Below are positions 17,372 to 26,157 of a stretch of 64,000 bases of DNA, piece after piece. The stretch's first letter is position 1. The number at the start of each line of letters is the position of its first letter. Origin of the DNA: a virus; the IMG/VR virus record IMGVR_UViG_3300026484_000382, positions 1-64,000 of that record; one strand, given 5' to 3'. Position numbers and translations under genes: made by a program. The notes below the pieces were generated by a model. The model had not been told where the DNA came from. It did not search any database and worked only from the letters and a program-made list of their open reading frames with translations.

Positions 17372-17528
17372 CGTCCTGAGAATAGTTAATTTTTACAATT
17401 TTTTTACCTTGTTTGTAATAATTTTTAACTCATATTTCTTGCTATTAAAAGTTTTAATTTTTTTAACAAGGGTATCCCCCTTTGTGTGTTCCTTATAATA
17501 TTTTACATTTTAGTTTCTTCTCAGGACG
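17372..17528 (+). ncRNA. Candidate ~157-nt small RNA with paired ends
   Basis: GGTATAAT 17358-17365 upstream; CGTCCTGAGAA 17372-17382 pairs with TTCTCAGGACG 17518-17528; internal stem 17405-17413 / 17465-17474; CCCCCTTT segment. Confidence 0.55.
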
Positions 17529-17553
17529 CACTCTTTATTCTCCTCCATATATT

Positions 17554-17584
17554 TAGTATAATGCACTATTAGTGCATTATACTA
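17554..17584. promoter_or_regulatory. 31-bp palindrome (perfect 15-bp arms, 1-nt spacer) containing two facing TATAAT boxes
   Basis: TAGTATAATGCACTA-T-TAGTGCATTATACTA. Confidence 0.75.
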
Positions 17585-17612
17585 TCAAACAAAATCAAGA
17601 AAAAGGAATATT

Positions 17613-17954
17613 ATGGCAACATGGCATTCAAGTAGAGAATATAGAATTTGGAGAGCAAAAATAATTAGAACACAAAAAGAATGTTTAATTTGTTCATCTA
17701 TAAAAAAAAGAGCTGCTCATCACATGGATAGTGGTAGTTATTTCCCAGATGAAAGATATAAAATGGATAATGGTGTATGTTTATGCGGAAAACATCACAG
17801 AATGTTTCATAATTCCTACAAAAATAGTTATAGAGAAAAGTGTACAAAAAAAGACTTTGCTAATTTTTTAGAATTAATGATTAAAATTTCAAATGAAACA
17901 GGTTGCTATAATAAAGAAAAAATGATAGAATTCCGTTCAAAAATTTTAAAATAG
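17613..17954 (+). CDS. HNH endonuclease (zinc-binding, small phage type)
   Basis: CLIC...AAHH...RY..DNGVCLC..HH..FH. Confidence 0.85.
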   Translation: MATWHSSREYRIWRAKIIRTQKECLICSSIKKRAAHHMDSGSYFPDERYKMDNGVCLCGKHHRMFHNSYKNSYREKCTKKDFANFLELMIKISNETGCYNKEKMIEFRSKILK

Positions 17955-17962
17955 GAAAGTAC

Positions 17963-18058
17963 ATGAAAAAGATGCATAAACTAAAAAGAGTTTGTAAAGT
18001 TAAAGTAGAGAAAACAAAAAGGTTTTTAAAGACCTTTAATTGGAAATGTGAATTTTAA
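17963..18058 (+). CDS. 31-aa basic peptide MKKMHKLKRVCKVKVEKTKRFLKTFNWKCEF (not in ORF track)
   Basis: AGGA RBS; paralog of 15885-15986 (KLK..CK...KRFL..FNWKC). Confidence 0.7.
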   Translation: MKKMHKLKRVCKVKVEKTKRFLKTFNWKCEF

Positions 18059-18594
18059 TATCCATTTTCCTCTCTGTTTTGTCTAGCTTTGTAAACACCA
18101 TACCCACCTGCTAATGTTAGAGCACCAGCCCCAATACCAGTCTTTATTTTATTCTCTTTCATCCAGTTTAAAACACTATTACCTGATTTAGTTGTAGTAT
18201 CTATATTTGTATTGTATATCTTTTGCTTAAATCTTTTTCTTTCTTCTGCTTTGTTTTTTAATTTTTTGATAGAAATAGGTGTTTCATTGTTAAGGTTAAT
18301 TTCTTGTTGTATATTTTTAACTTCAGGTGTTTCTTTTTGTGATGCCCTATATTGATCTCTTTCTGCTTTAAACTTTGTTTTAGACCCCTGTCCAGAAATA
18401 TGTTTTAACTCTTTATGTTCTTCTGGGGTAATTAAACCATTTGCTAGCATTTCATCTAGCTTTTTGTGTAATTTGTTTTGTTTCCCGTTAAATTCATTAC
18501 TATTAACAAAATCCATTATAAACTTATTATTACCGAATCTATCTTTTATTTTATTATAATAAGCCGTTTTAATTAAGTATTGTGTTGCATTCAT
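18055..18594 (-). CDS. LxKxA-leader protein with C-terminal glycine zipper
   Basis: MNATQYLIKTA; GIGAGALTLAGGYGVYK; own promoter/RBS cassette (minus TATAAT 18616-18621). Confidence 0.85.
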   Translation of the reverse strand: MNATQYLIKTAYYNKIKDRFGNNKFIMDFVNSNEFNGKQNKLHKKLDEMLANGLITPEEHKELKHISGQGSKTKFKAERDQYRASQKETPEVKNIQQEINLNNETPISIKKLKNKAEERKRFKQKIYNTNIDTTTKSGNSVLNWMKENKIKTGIGAGALTLAGGYGVYKARQNREENGY

Positions 18595-18621
18595 GTTTTT
18601 CCTTTTTTTTTATTTATTATA

Positions 18622-19050
18622 CTAAAGATTGTTTATTGTTGCAATTATTTTATCTGCATCTTCTTCTGTTAATCCATTGTCTCCGTTAATATGATAGAAA
18701 TTTGATTTGTTTATATAGTTGTGTTTTTCTGAACATATGTAAGTATCATCATCATCAACAACTAAAAATTTATCTATATTATATTTTTTAATTGTATTTT
18801 TTATTTGCCCACCTTTTATAACATGAGTATCTAATGTTGTCCCTATTATTTTATCTTTATTTTTTAAAGATGAATTTAATAAGATTTTTTGTACTTCATA
18901 TTTTAGAGATGAATGTATAATAACATTACTATTAGTTTTATCTATTATTAAATTTAATAATTCTAATTTTGAATTTACACTATTTAAATCGTTATTCTTA
19001 TGTGGCAATATAACACCATCAAAATCTAAAAACAATATTTTTTTATACAC
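18622..19050 (-). CDS. HAD-family phosphatase (HAD_SAK_2-like)
   Basis: ILFLDFDGVI, IIHSS, FLVVDDD, GLTEED; GTG start; promoter TGTTAAAAT 19072-19080. Confidence 0.85.
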   Translation of the reverse strand: MYKKILFLDFDGVILPHKNNDLNSVNSKLELLNLIIDKTNSNVIIHSSLKYEVQKILLNSSLKNKDKIIGTTLDTHVIKGGQIKNTIKKYNIDKFLVVDDDDTYICSEKHNYINKSNFYHINGDNGLTEEDADKIIATINNL

Positions 19051-19180
19051 AACTAAATCCTTTTTTTCTAGATTTTAACATTTTTTTGTTATTTAGTAAA
19101 TTATTTTTGTGTTTATATTAAAAATAATATTTGACTAACAAAAAATAGTAAGTTATAATAAACAAAAAAAGGATTTAGTT

Positions 19181-19603
19181 ATGCCAACTATTTCAACAAT
19201 GTTTGATAAACCATTAGAAGAAGATATTGCTTTAGAAACAAAATCTACTTCGGCTTCTAGTATAGTTGATACTTTAAAAAATGCTGAAAACACATATAAA
19301 GCATTTTTATATTTAAGAGCTATGTATTCATTGTATCCAAATAAAGAAACAATACTTAAAATGGATACAGTTAAAAGTGATGATTATGTAGAGATAGATA
19401 AACCTGTTAATGCAAACAGAATATTTGTGGTTAATACGGGAGATGGTAGTTGTTACATTAAATTTAATGATGAAGAGTTTGAGATTGTTGCTGGGAAAGA
19501 ATATGAATTTCCTGTTATTCCTAAAACAGATGAAAATGATGGTGATAAAGTTGAAGTTAAAGGAACACTTTCCTATTACATGAAAAACGTACAGGAGTTC
19601 TAA
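19181..19603 (+). CDS. Putative virion structural protein (paralog of 19605)
   Basis: T.FD.PLEED...LKN.EN.YKAFLY shared with the next gene; promoter TATAAT 19154-19159. Confidence 0.7.
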   Translation: MPTISTMFDKPLEEDIALETKSTSASSIVDTLKNAENTYKAFLYLRAMYSLYPNKETILKMDTVKSDDYVEIDKPVNANRIFVVNTGDGSCYIKFNDEEFEIVAGKEYEFPVIPKTDENDGDKVEVKGTLSYYMKNVQEF

Positions 19604-19604
19604 C

Positions 19605-20012
19605 ATGGGAAATACTATAAAAACAAGATTTGACTCACCTTTAGAAGAAGATGTTACATTTGAACAAACAGAAAATCAACAAGAAATAAGTGATTTATTA
19701 AAAAACACTGAAAATATATATAAAGCTTTTTTATATATGAAAGAAATGTTTTCTAGTGCACCTGTGTTTAATAAAATCGTTAATATTACTTATGTTGATG
19801 ATGTTACTGACGAAGATATCTCAATTAATGAAGAAGCTAATTTATTAACATTTAAAAACAACAACAAAGACACATCTGAAATTTACTATAATGACAATGA
19901 TAAATTAGTGTTGTACGCATATGAACAAATTGATATACCTGTTTTTAGTGGAGACACTATTAAAATTACAGGGACTATGAATATTATACAAATGAAATAC
20001 GAAATTAGATAA
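19605..20012 (+). CDS. Putative virion structural protein (paralog of 19181)
   Basis: Shared N-terminal motif and small beta-sandwich-like C-terminus. Confidence 0.7.
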   Translation: MGNTIKTRFDSPLEEDVTFEQTENQQEISDLLKNTENIYKAFLYMKEMFSSAPVFNKIVNITYVDDVTDEDISINEEANLLTFKNNNKDTSEIYYNDNDKLVLYAYEQIDIPVFSGDTIKITGTMNIIQMKYEIR

Positions 20013-20025
20013 TAAAGGATAAAAA

Positions 20026-22089
20026 ATGGCTAATATTTATTATGTTGATCCAGCTAATGGAGATAATGCAAATGATGGTTTAAGTGTAGACAAACCAATA
20101 AAAGATTTATGGAGTGATAATGTAGATTATGGAGATAAGGATAATATATCAATATTTTACATTAAAAGAGGTACAGAATTAATAATTCCAGAGGATACCA
20201 GTAAATCTCTGCCTTTCGGTATTGTAATGTCTTGGCCGCACTCTAATGATGGTGAGTATTGGGATAATAGACCAGATGATGGTAAGGATTGGGATGATGA
20301 TGATAGTTCAAAAGCAAATTTTGCAGCAGAGAACAAATCGTATATTAGTGTAGATGATGAAAAAATAGTTTATTTTAAAAATATAGACATGCATTACCCA
20401 GATAGAGACACAAACCCAAGTTTTATAATAAAAAACTCAATAATAGGTTTTATTGATTGTGATATATCTGCTGGTTCATGGCCTGAAGGTCGTGACTATG
20501 CTTTTGTTAGGGTTAATGGAACAAGTAATGACACAAAATTAAATAAAACAATAGAAATAACTAGAACAAATATTAGTTTTGATTCTGGTGGTACAGTTAT
20601 GTCATATAATGGTGATGATGATGTTAGAAGTTTTACTAAAAGGGTAAATGTTGTAGATTCAGATATAAACGTTTATAGATTTTTTTGTGCTGATAGTGAC
20701 TATGATGCTGAATACGGAACTTCTGTGTTTAATATTGTTAATTCAACAATTAAAACCAGCAACGACACATTTAGATGTTATGGTGATAAGAATGGAAGTG
20801 ATCGAGCAGGAACAATATATTTAAAAATAAAAGAAACTGAATTTATTTCAGATAGTGTTTTTTTTAAGTTTGGTGATAGTTATTACACAATGTATCTTCT
20901 TGATGTTAATATCGAAAATAGTTCTATTAAAACAGATAAATATATTTTTTATACAAATGCAGATAGTAGTGATATTGTTAACTATTTAAGAATAAATACA
21001 ATAAACACAAAATATAAGTCAACTAAATCATGGATTTATCATAACAATTCAACAGACGATATGCATTTCCGTTTAAATGCGATAAGAAATACTTTCAGTA
21101 ACCAGGATTGTGTAATGGATTTAAATAGGTTGTATGTTTCTGAAGGTATTACACTTATAAATAATAAATATGAAAATATAGGAACTATATTAAAAGAGAG
21201 ATCACATGGTAGTGTAGCCTTTGATAAAGTTAAAATGTTTGAATCAAATCTTAAGGTTGAACATATTGTTGATGGTATAACACTAAATTCAACTTACCAT
21301 TTAAATAATTGTGTTGTAAATGGATATGCGTTTAATAATATATCTAATAGTAATGTTGTGTTGAAAAATTGTAAAGTAGGGCAAATAAATTCTGACTCGC
21401 TTACATCAATAAGAGCAATAAATTGTGAGATAAGTCAAGATGATAGATCACCTATTACCAATGGGGATATTTATTTAGAGAATTGCAAAATAAATAATGA
21501 TGATTATTTGTTGTTTGATGGTGCTTTAAAAGTTAACGGGATTATTGTTGATTCTAACATATCAGGTGATGTTGCATCATCATCATCGTTAGCTGTTTTT
21601 AGTAAAATTTATAATACTAAAATATCAGGAGAAACCGTTTCTTATAGATGCGAAAAAGAAAAGGTGCAAATAATGACAGCTTCCCCTTATAGAGATGGTG
21701 GCTCTAAATTTTCATTAATGCTATATAAGAAAAAATCAGGCATTTACCCTGCAGTAATAGATGAATTATTTACACAATATGATTCAGAAAAAACAACATT
21801 AACATTGTATTTTGCAACAGCGGCTGAAATTAATATTAATAATTATGATATACAGGTTAGTATTTCATATAAAGACAAGACAGATGGGTACACATTTAAA
21901 GATTGCAATATAGAAAAAGACCCAGATAGTGAATGGGATGGTCTTTCTGATGAAGTTAAATATTATAAAGCTACTATTGATATTAGTGATGCTGATTTAG
22001 ACAATGGGGACAAAATTGCTTTTATTTTTACTTCTGTATTAGATAGCATATCTAAATATTATATAGATGCAATTATAAAGAAAAGTTAA
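20026..22089 (+). CDS. Beta-helix (pectin-lyase-like) tail spike/fibre candidate
   Basis: YYVDPANGDNANDGLSVDKP N-terminal motif; repeated I.NS.I / L.NC.I rungs. Confidence 0.65.
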   Translation: MANIYYVDPANGDNANDGLSVDKPIKDLWSDNVDYGDKDNISIFYIKRGTELIIPEDTSKSLPFGIVMSWPHSNDGEYWDNRPDDGKDWDDDDSSKANFAAENKSYISVDDEKIVYFKNIDMHYPDRDTNPSFIIKNSIIGFIDCDISAGSWPEGRDYAFVRVNGTSNDTKLNKTIEITRTNISFDSGGTVMSYNGDDDVRSFTKRVNVVDSDINVYRFFCADSDYDAEYGTSVFNIVNSTIKTSNDTFRCYGDKNGSDRAGTIYLKIKETEFISDSVFFKFGDSYYTMYLLDVNIENSSIKTDKYIFYTNADSSDIVNYLRINTINTKYKSTKSWIYHNNSTDDMHFRLNAIRNTFSNQDCVMDLNRLYVSEGITLINNKYENIGTILKERSHGSVAFDKVKMFESNLKVEHIVDGITLNSTYHLNNCVVNGYAFNNISNSNVVLKNCKVGQINSDSLTSIRAINCEISQDDRSPITNGDIYLENCKINNDDYLLFDGALKVNGIIVDSNISGDVASSSSLAVFSKIYNTKISGETVSYRCEKEKVQIMTASPYRDGGSKFSLMLYKKKSGIYPAVIDELFTQYDSEKTTLTLYFATAAEININNYDIQVSISYKDKTDGYTFKDCNIEKDPDSEWDGLSDEVKYYKATIDISDADLDNGDKIAFIFTSVLDSISKYYIDAIIKKS

Positions 22090-22535
22090 TGATTGTCTTA
22101 TCTTGTAAAGATTATTTTAACCCAACTAATGAGGATAATTATGTAGAATTATTCTCGTTGGGTGAGACTAATTCCGATAGTAGATTAAATAGTAGGGGTG
22201 ATACAACAGTAATTGTGTTTTATCTTAATGATTTACTAAATAAAGTTCTCACAGAAAAAGACACAGATAGATTAAAAAACAGAAGTGATAATATGTTTGT
22301 TGCCCCATACCTTAGTGTTGTGTTAAATAAAATTCTTACAAAAAAAGACACAGATAGATTAAAAAGTAGAGGTAACGAGTTTATTATGGAAGAATTTATC
22401 GAATTTAATTTTTTAAATGATGTTTATATGAAGAATATTGGTTCTAGATTTAAAAGGTTGTTTTTAAAAATAAATAGGGTACTTTACCCTAAAACTGTAC
22501 TACAAAACTATGGTAGGTTGCAAAAAAAAATTTAA
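22089..22535 (+). CDS. Hypothetical protein with internal repeats
   Basis: LNK(V/I)LT(E/K)KDTDRLK(N/S)R twice plus a degenerate copy. Confidence 0.6.
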   Translation: MIVLSCKDYFNPTNEDNYVELFSLGETNSDSRLNSRGDTTVIVFYLNDLLNKVLTEKDTDRLKNRSDNMFVAPYLSVVLNKILTKKDTDRLKSRGNEFIMEEFIEFNFLNDVYMKNIGSRFKRLFLKINRVLYPKTVLQNYGRLQKKI

Positions 22536-22566
22536 TATGTTAAAATTAACAAAAAAAGGATTAACA

Positions 22567-23004
22567 ATGAGAAGTTTTAATTTAATTAAGACAGCGGCTA
22601 AGAAAAAAGATAATGGACTTAACACAGCTGAAAAAGCTGCTATAGCAAGTGCAGGAGTTGGGGCAGCTGCTTTATCACCTTATGCAGCGAAAAGTGTTAT
22701 GAAAATGTTAGCAGAAAGAAGTGGTAAAAAAGCAGATAAATTATTAGCAAAAGCTGATACTTATAAAAATGCTAACAAATCAGGATGGTTCGGTGGTCTA
22801 AGAGAAGGTCACAAGAAAGAACATGAAGAGTTAATGGAAGTTTATAGAAAACAAGCAGAAGCAGCAAATAGAGCTCAAGGTAGAGCAGATTCTGTTGCAG
22901 GGTTTGTAGACAAACATGGTAAAAAATTAAAATATGCCGCAGGTGCAGGTGCCGCAGGTGCAGGAACTGGTTTAGTATATGGACAAGGACAAAGAAGAAG
23001 TTAA
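22567..23004 (+). CDS. LxKxA-leader protein with two glycine/alanine zippers
   Basis: Start moved to 22567 (TGTTAAAAT 22538-22546, AAGGA); MRSFNLIKTA; AAIASAGVGAAA...AAGAGAAGAGTGLVY. Confidence 0.85.
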   Translation: MRSFNLIKTAAKKKDNGLNTAEKAAIASAGVGAAALSPYAAKSVMKMLAERSGKKADKLLAKADTYKNANKSGWFGGLREGHKKEHEELMEVYRKQAEAANRAQGRADSVAGFVDKHGKKLKYAAGAGAAGAGTGLVYGQGQRRS

Positions 23005-23115
23005 TCATTCCTCTTTCTCTTCTTTTTTCTTCACAAAAAAATAATCTTATAATTAATATTTCATTTTTATAAAACACTTTTTTATGTTATAATTAACAAA
23101 AAAAAGGATTTATAT

Positions 23116-23955
23116 ATGGAAAGATTTGGATTTAAATTGTTTAAAGACCCTGATTTAAATTATGAATTGGTTGCAGGTGATGTTAAAATTGCACTTAACT
23201 CTGTAAACCAACAAGAACAAACTGTTACAGTTTATTTTGGGGCTTGGGATCAATATGATCCAGCAAAACAAAAATCAATTAGAACGAAACTTACTTTGTC
23301 GCCAAATGACACCTTACTATGGACATTGGTTAGACTGGTGGATGATGGAGATGGAGGATTAAAAGAAATTCCCGCTGTTGAATTTGTTAAATCTGTAAAA
23401 GTAACTGCTCCTGATGAAGAAGATTTAATCTCTTTAAATCCTAATAATCATGTTGCTAACTTTTATTACAACGATGATGATGATAAGAAATTATCAGAAG
23501 ATGGAGATGATGTTATTTGGGGATTTTTTAATGTAGGTGAATATAAATTTGGATGGTCAACTTCTACAAATGTTGAGGCTGGGTATTTTAGAGCTGCAAA
23601 AAGAGATGATGATGATTCTTCTAAAGAAATTATTATGACTAGAAGAGATGTTTATGGTGATGATGATGACCACCCTGATAGATTTATGTTATGGTCTCAT
23701 GGAGACAGATTACCACATGGTTGGTATATTAAGGACTTTTGGGCATATACTTACCCTAATGATGACGATGATGAAACACAAGCTAATGATATTATCCCTA
23801 AATTAAAAACAATATCAACAGGAGTTGGTAATGCTATTAGATTTGATGTTACTTTTTATATTCCAGAAAATTATACTGGAGATAGTCAAGACCTATCGTT
23901 TAAATTTAAGATACTTGGTCTACAAAATGTTCTTGTTGAACAGAATGAAATCTAA
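23116..23955 (+). CDS. Putative virion structural protein, acidic
   Basis: Promoter TGTTATAAT 23085-23093; FGFKLFKDPDLNYEL N-motif shared with downstream genes. Confidence 0.7.
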   Translation: MERFGFKLFKDPDLNYELVAGDVKIALNSVNQQEQTVTVYFGAWDQYDPAKQKSIRTKLTLSPNDTLLWTLVRLVDDGDGGLKEIPAVEFVKSVKVTAPDEEDLISLNPNNHVANFYYNDDDDKKLSEDGDDVIWGFFNVGEYKFGWSTSTNVEAGYFRAAKRDDDDSSKEIIMTRRDVYGDDDDHPDRFMLWSHGDRLPHGWYIKDFWAYTYPNDDDDETQANDIIPKLKTISTGVGNAIRFDVTFYIPENYTGDSQDLSFKFKILGLQNVLVEQNEI

Positions 23956-24057
23956 TAGAGAGTCTTTGTTTTTTTTGCTGGTAAAGTAAAAACAGTATAT
24001 TAATCGGCGGCACAGGATAGCCGCTATAACAAACAATAATTAAAAAAAGGATAAAAA

Positions 24058-24750
24058 ATGGCAATTAGTGGTAATGTTAATTTATTTGAATTAGGGTTTA
24101 GGTTTTATCATGATCCAAATTTGAGATACGAAATAACTCCGGATTCTCAAATAAGAATAGATCCAGCAACGGGTAAAGCAACAATGTTCTTTGGTATGAG
24201 AGACTATTTGGTTGATGGTGTAAGAACAAGAAAACAGCTAAAAGTTGTTCAAGGTGCTCCAACATTTTTTCTTGAAGCTATAGATGAAACTGGTCAAAGA
24301 AATTGGGATGGTGTAAAAGGAATTCGTTGGGATGACAAAGGAACTATGACGTCTTACAATGATGCCCTTACTGCACCAGAAAGAATAAGTGATTATTACA
24401 ATGCCGACACTGCTTGTCCTAATGATAATACACAAGCTAGAGTTGCATTTGTATTTTGTTATGATAATAACGATACAAGATATAAAATTAAAAACTCTGA
24501 CGATGGTTCAACTAGAGAAGTTTATGCAAGAAACACAACAACTATTACATTAAATAAAAATGAGTACATTTATGGTATTAATTCTCATAGGAGTAGGCTT
24601 TTATCCGAATTGAAATCAGGAATAGATAATGCTTTTAAAATAGAAATTACATTTGATTTGGCTTATGATTTTACTGGACAGCAAAGAGGTTTAAATTTTT
24701 TTACAATGCCTGATACAGTTATTCAAGTTATAGAATATGTATTGGATTAA
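24058..24750 (+). CDS. Putative virion structural protein (paralogous termini with 23116)
   Basis: LGFRFYHDPNLRYEI...LKSGIDNAFKIEITF. Confidence 0.7.
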   Translation: MAISGNVNLFELGFRFYHDPNLRYEITPDSQIRIDPATGKATMFFGMRDYLVDGVRTRKQLKVVQGAPTFFLEAIDETGQRNWDGVKGIRWDDKGTMTSYNDALTAPERISDYYNADTACPNDNTQARVAFVFCYDNNDTRYKIKNSDDGSTREVYARNTTTITLNKNEYIYGINSHRSRLLSELKSGIDNAFKIEITFDLAYDFTGQQRGLNFFTMPDTVIQVIEYVLD

Positions 24751-24762
24751 TAAAGGGTTCTT

Positions 24763-26157
24763 ATGTTAATAACACTAGATTCAATAGGAATGAGGCTAAC
24801 TTATGATAGGGAAGGGAGATACCCTATAGATATCTCCGAACCTATTGATTTACCATCTTATCAAAAAGAATTTGATTGTTACATGTCTTTAAAACAACCA
24901 AAACAATTAGAAGATGGAAGTTGGGAGTGGTATTATAACGACACTATGTTTCAAAATAATGTTGATACAAATTGGGGTTATAATTTTAATAGGATTACTA
25001 CTTGTGGAGGGCCATTTGGTGTAAAAGTTGGGCATAAGTTAGTTAAAAACAAGAGAAATATAAGTATAAATAATATCACCATAGAAGAAATGGTTTGGGC
25101 AGAAAAAGCCATAGATGTTTCTATATTTAAGAATTGGTTTAAAGATAAAGCCCCTTTAATATCTAGTTCTGATGGAGTTATGAATTATGATGAAGCAAAA
25201 TCTCATCAAATTTTCTCTTATTTTAAGCCAGATGGTAATACAGCATTAAGATATGAAGATTACTTTGGTGAAGAATTTTTTTTCTTAGAAAAGCCATATT
25301 ATATATCTGGGATTAACTATGAGTCAGTTGCTTTAAAAAATAATGAATTGTTTTTCAAAAAAACACTTAACAATAAAGAATTTTCATTTGGCGCAAGACT
25401 AATGATACCATCAAGTGTTTGGGACAGTGAAAATACTGTAGATATATACGAGGATAATTATATTAAGATATATGTGGATTTAGCAAATAAAAATATTGTG
25501 TTCGTTACTAAAGGTTTACTAAATACTTCTGCCGAAAAATACATATACTTACCAAATACTTCTAATGAGTTTTTTAATGTATGGCTAACTTATAATAACG
25601 GGGTGGTTAAAGCGGGAGTAAACGATAATATTGAAACTTATTTTTCTAAAGCTATCCTTAAACCAAAGTATATTTTAAATAGAGAAGAGCTGTCTAATAT
25701 AAGGGTAGAAGTTGTTGAAAGTGTTGGAAGAGTTGGAAGATCAAAATATTCATTAAAAATTATAAACGATGAAGATGATAAATTCTTAAAGTATTTATAT
25801 TATAATGATTATGATGAATTAAGCTACAAATATGATTTATGCCAAGGATATCGTTCAACTTCAAGATGCGGTCATAAATATCATTATTCTAACGAATATG
25901 AAGTACACAAATATGGATTGTCAAATATGGTATATCGCTCTTATGGATGTTGTTCGGGTGGTAATGCAATAGAAACATTGCGTTCACCAATAATTGGAAA
26001 AGGTTCTAAAATAAAAATAAGTAACATAGATGGACCATTCTATTTATGGCCATGGTTAAATGTAGGTGTAAAACAAAGAATATATAAAAATATACAAAGA
26101 ATACATCCAATATCTGGAAAATTAGAAACAGTTTCTTCGGAGTTAATTATAGTATGA
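24763..26157 (+). CDS. Putative tail/baseplate-associated protein, possible ConA/LamG-like segment
   Basis: IGMRLTYDREGRYPI N-motif; EFSFGARL...FFNVWLTYNNG..KAGVN. Confidence 0.55.
   Translation: MLITLDSIGMRLTYDREGRYPIDISEPIDLPSYQKEFDCYMSLKQPKQLEDGSWEWYYNDTMFQNNVDTNWGYNFNRITTCGGPFGVKVGHKLVKNKRNISINNITIEEMVWAEKAIDVSIFKNWFKDKAPLISSSDGVMNYDEAKSHQIFSYFKPDGNTALRYEDYFGEEFFFLEKPYYISGINYESVALKNNELFFKKTLNNKEFSFGARLMIPSSVWDSENTVDIYEDNYIKIYVDLANKNIVFVTKGLLNTSAEKYIYLPNTSNEFFNVWLTYNNGVVKAGVNDNIETYFSKAILKPKYILNREELSNIRVEVVESVGRVGRSKYSLKIINDEDDKFLKYLYYNDYDELSYKYDLCQGYRSTSRCGHKYHYSNEYEVHKYGLSNMVYRSYGCCSGGNAIETLRSPIIGKGSKIKISNIDGPFYLWPWLNVGVKQRIYKNIQRIHPISGKLETVSSELIIV

Noticed and set aside
22238-22375. Near-duplicate ~50-bp segments as a DGR template/variable pair
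   Set aside because: Both lie in one reading frame, differences are not adenine-specific, and there is no reverse transcriptase in the window
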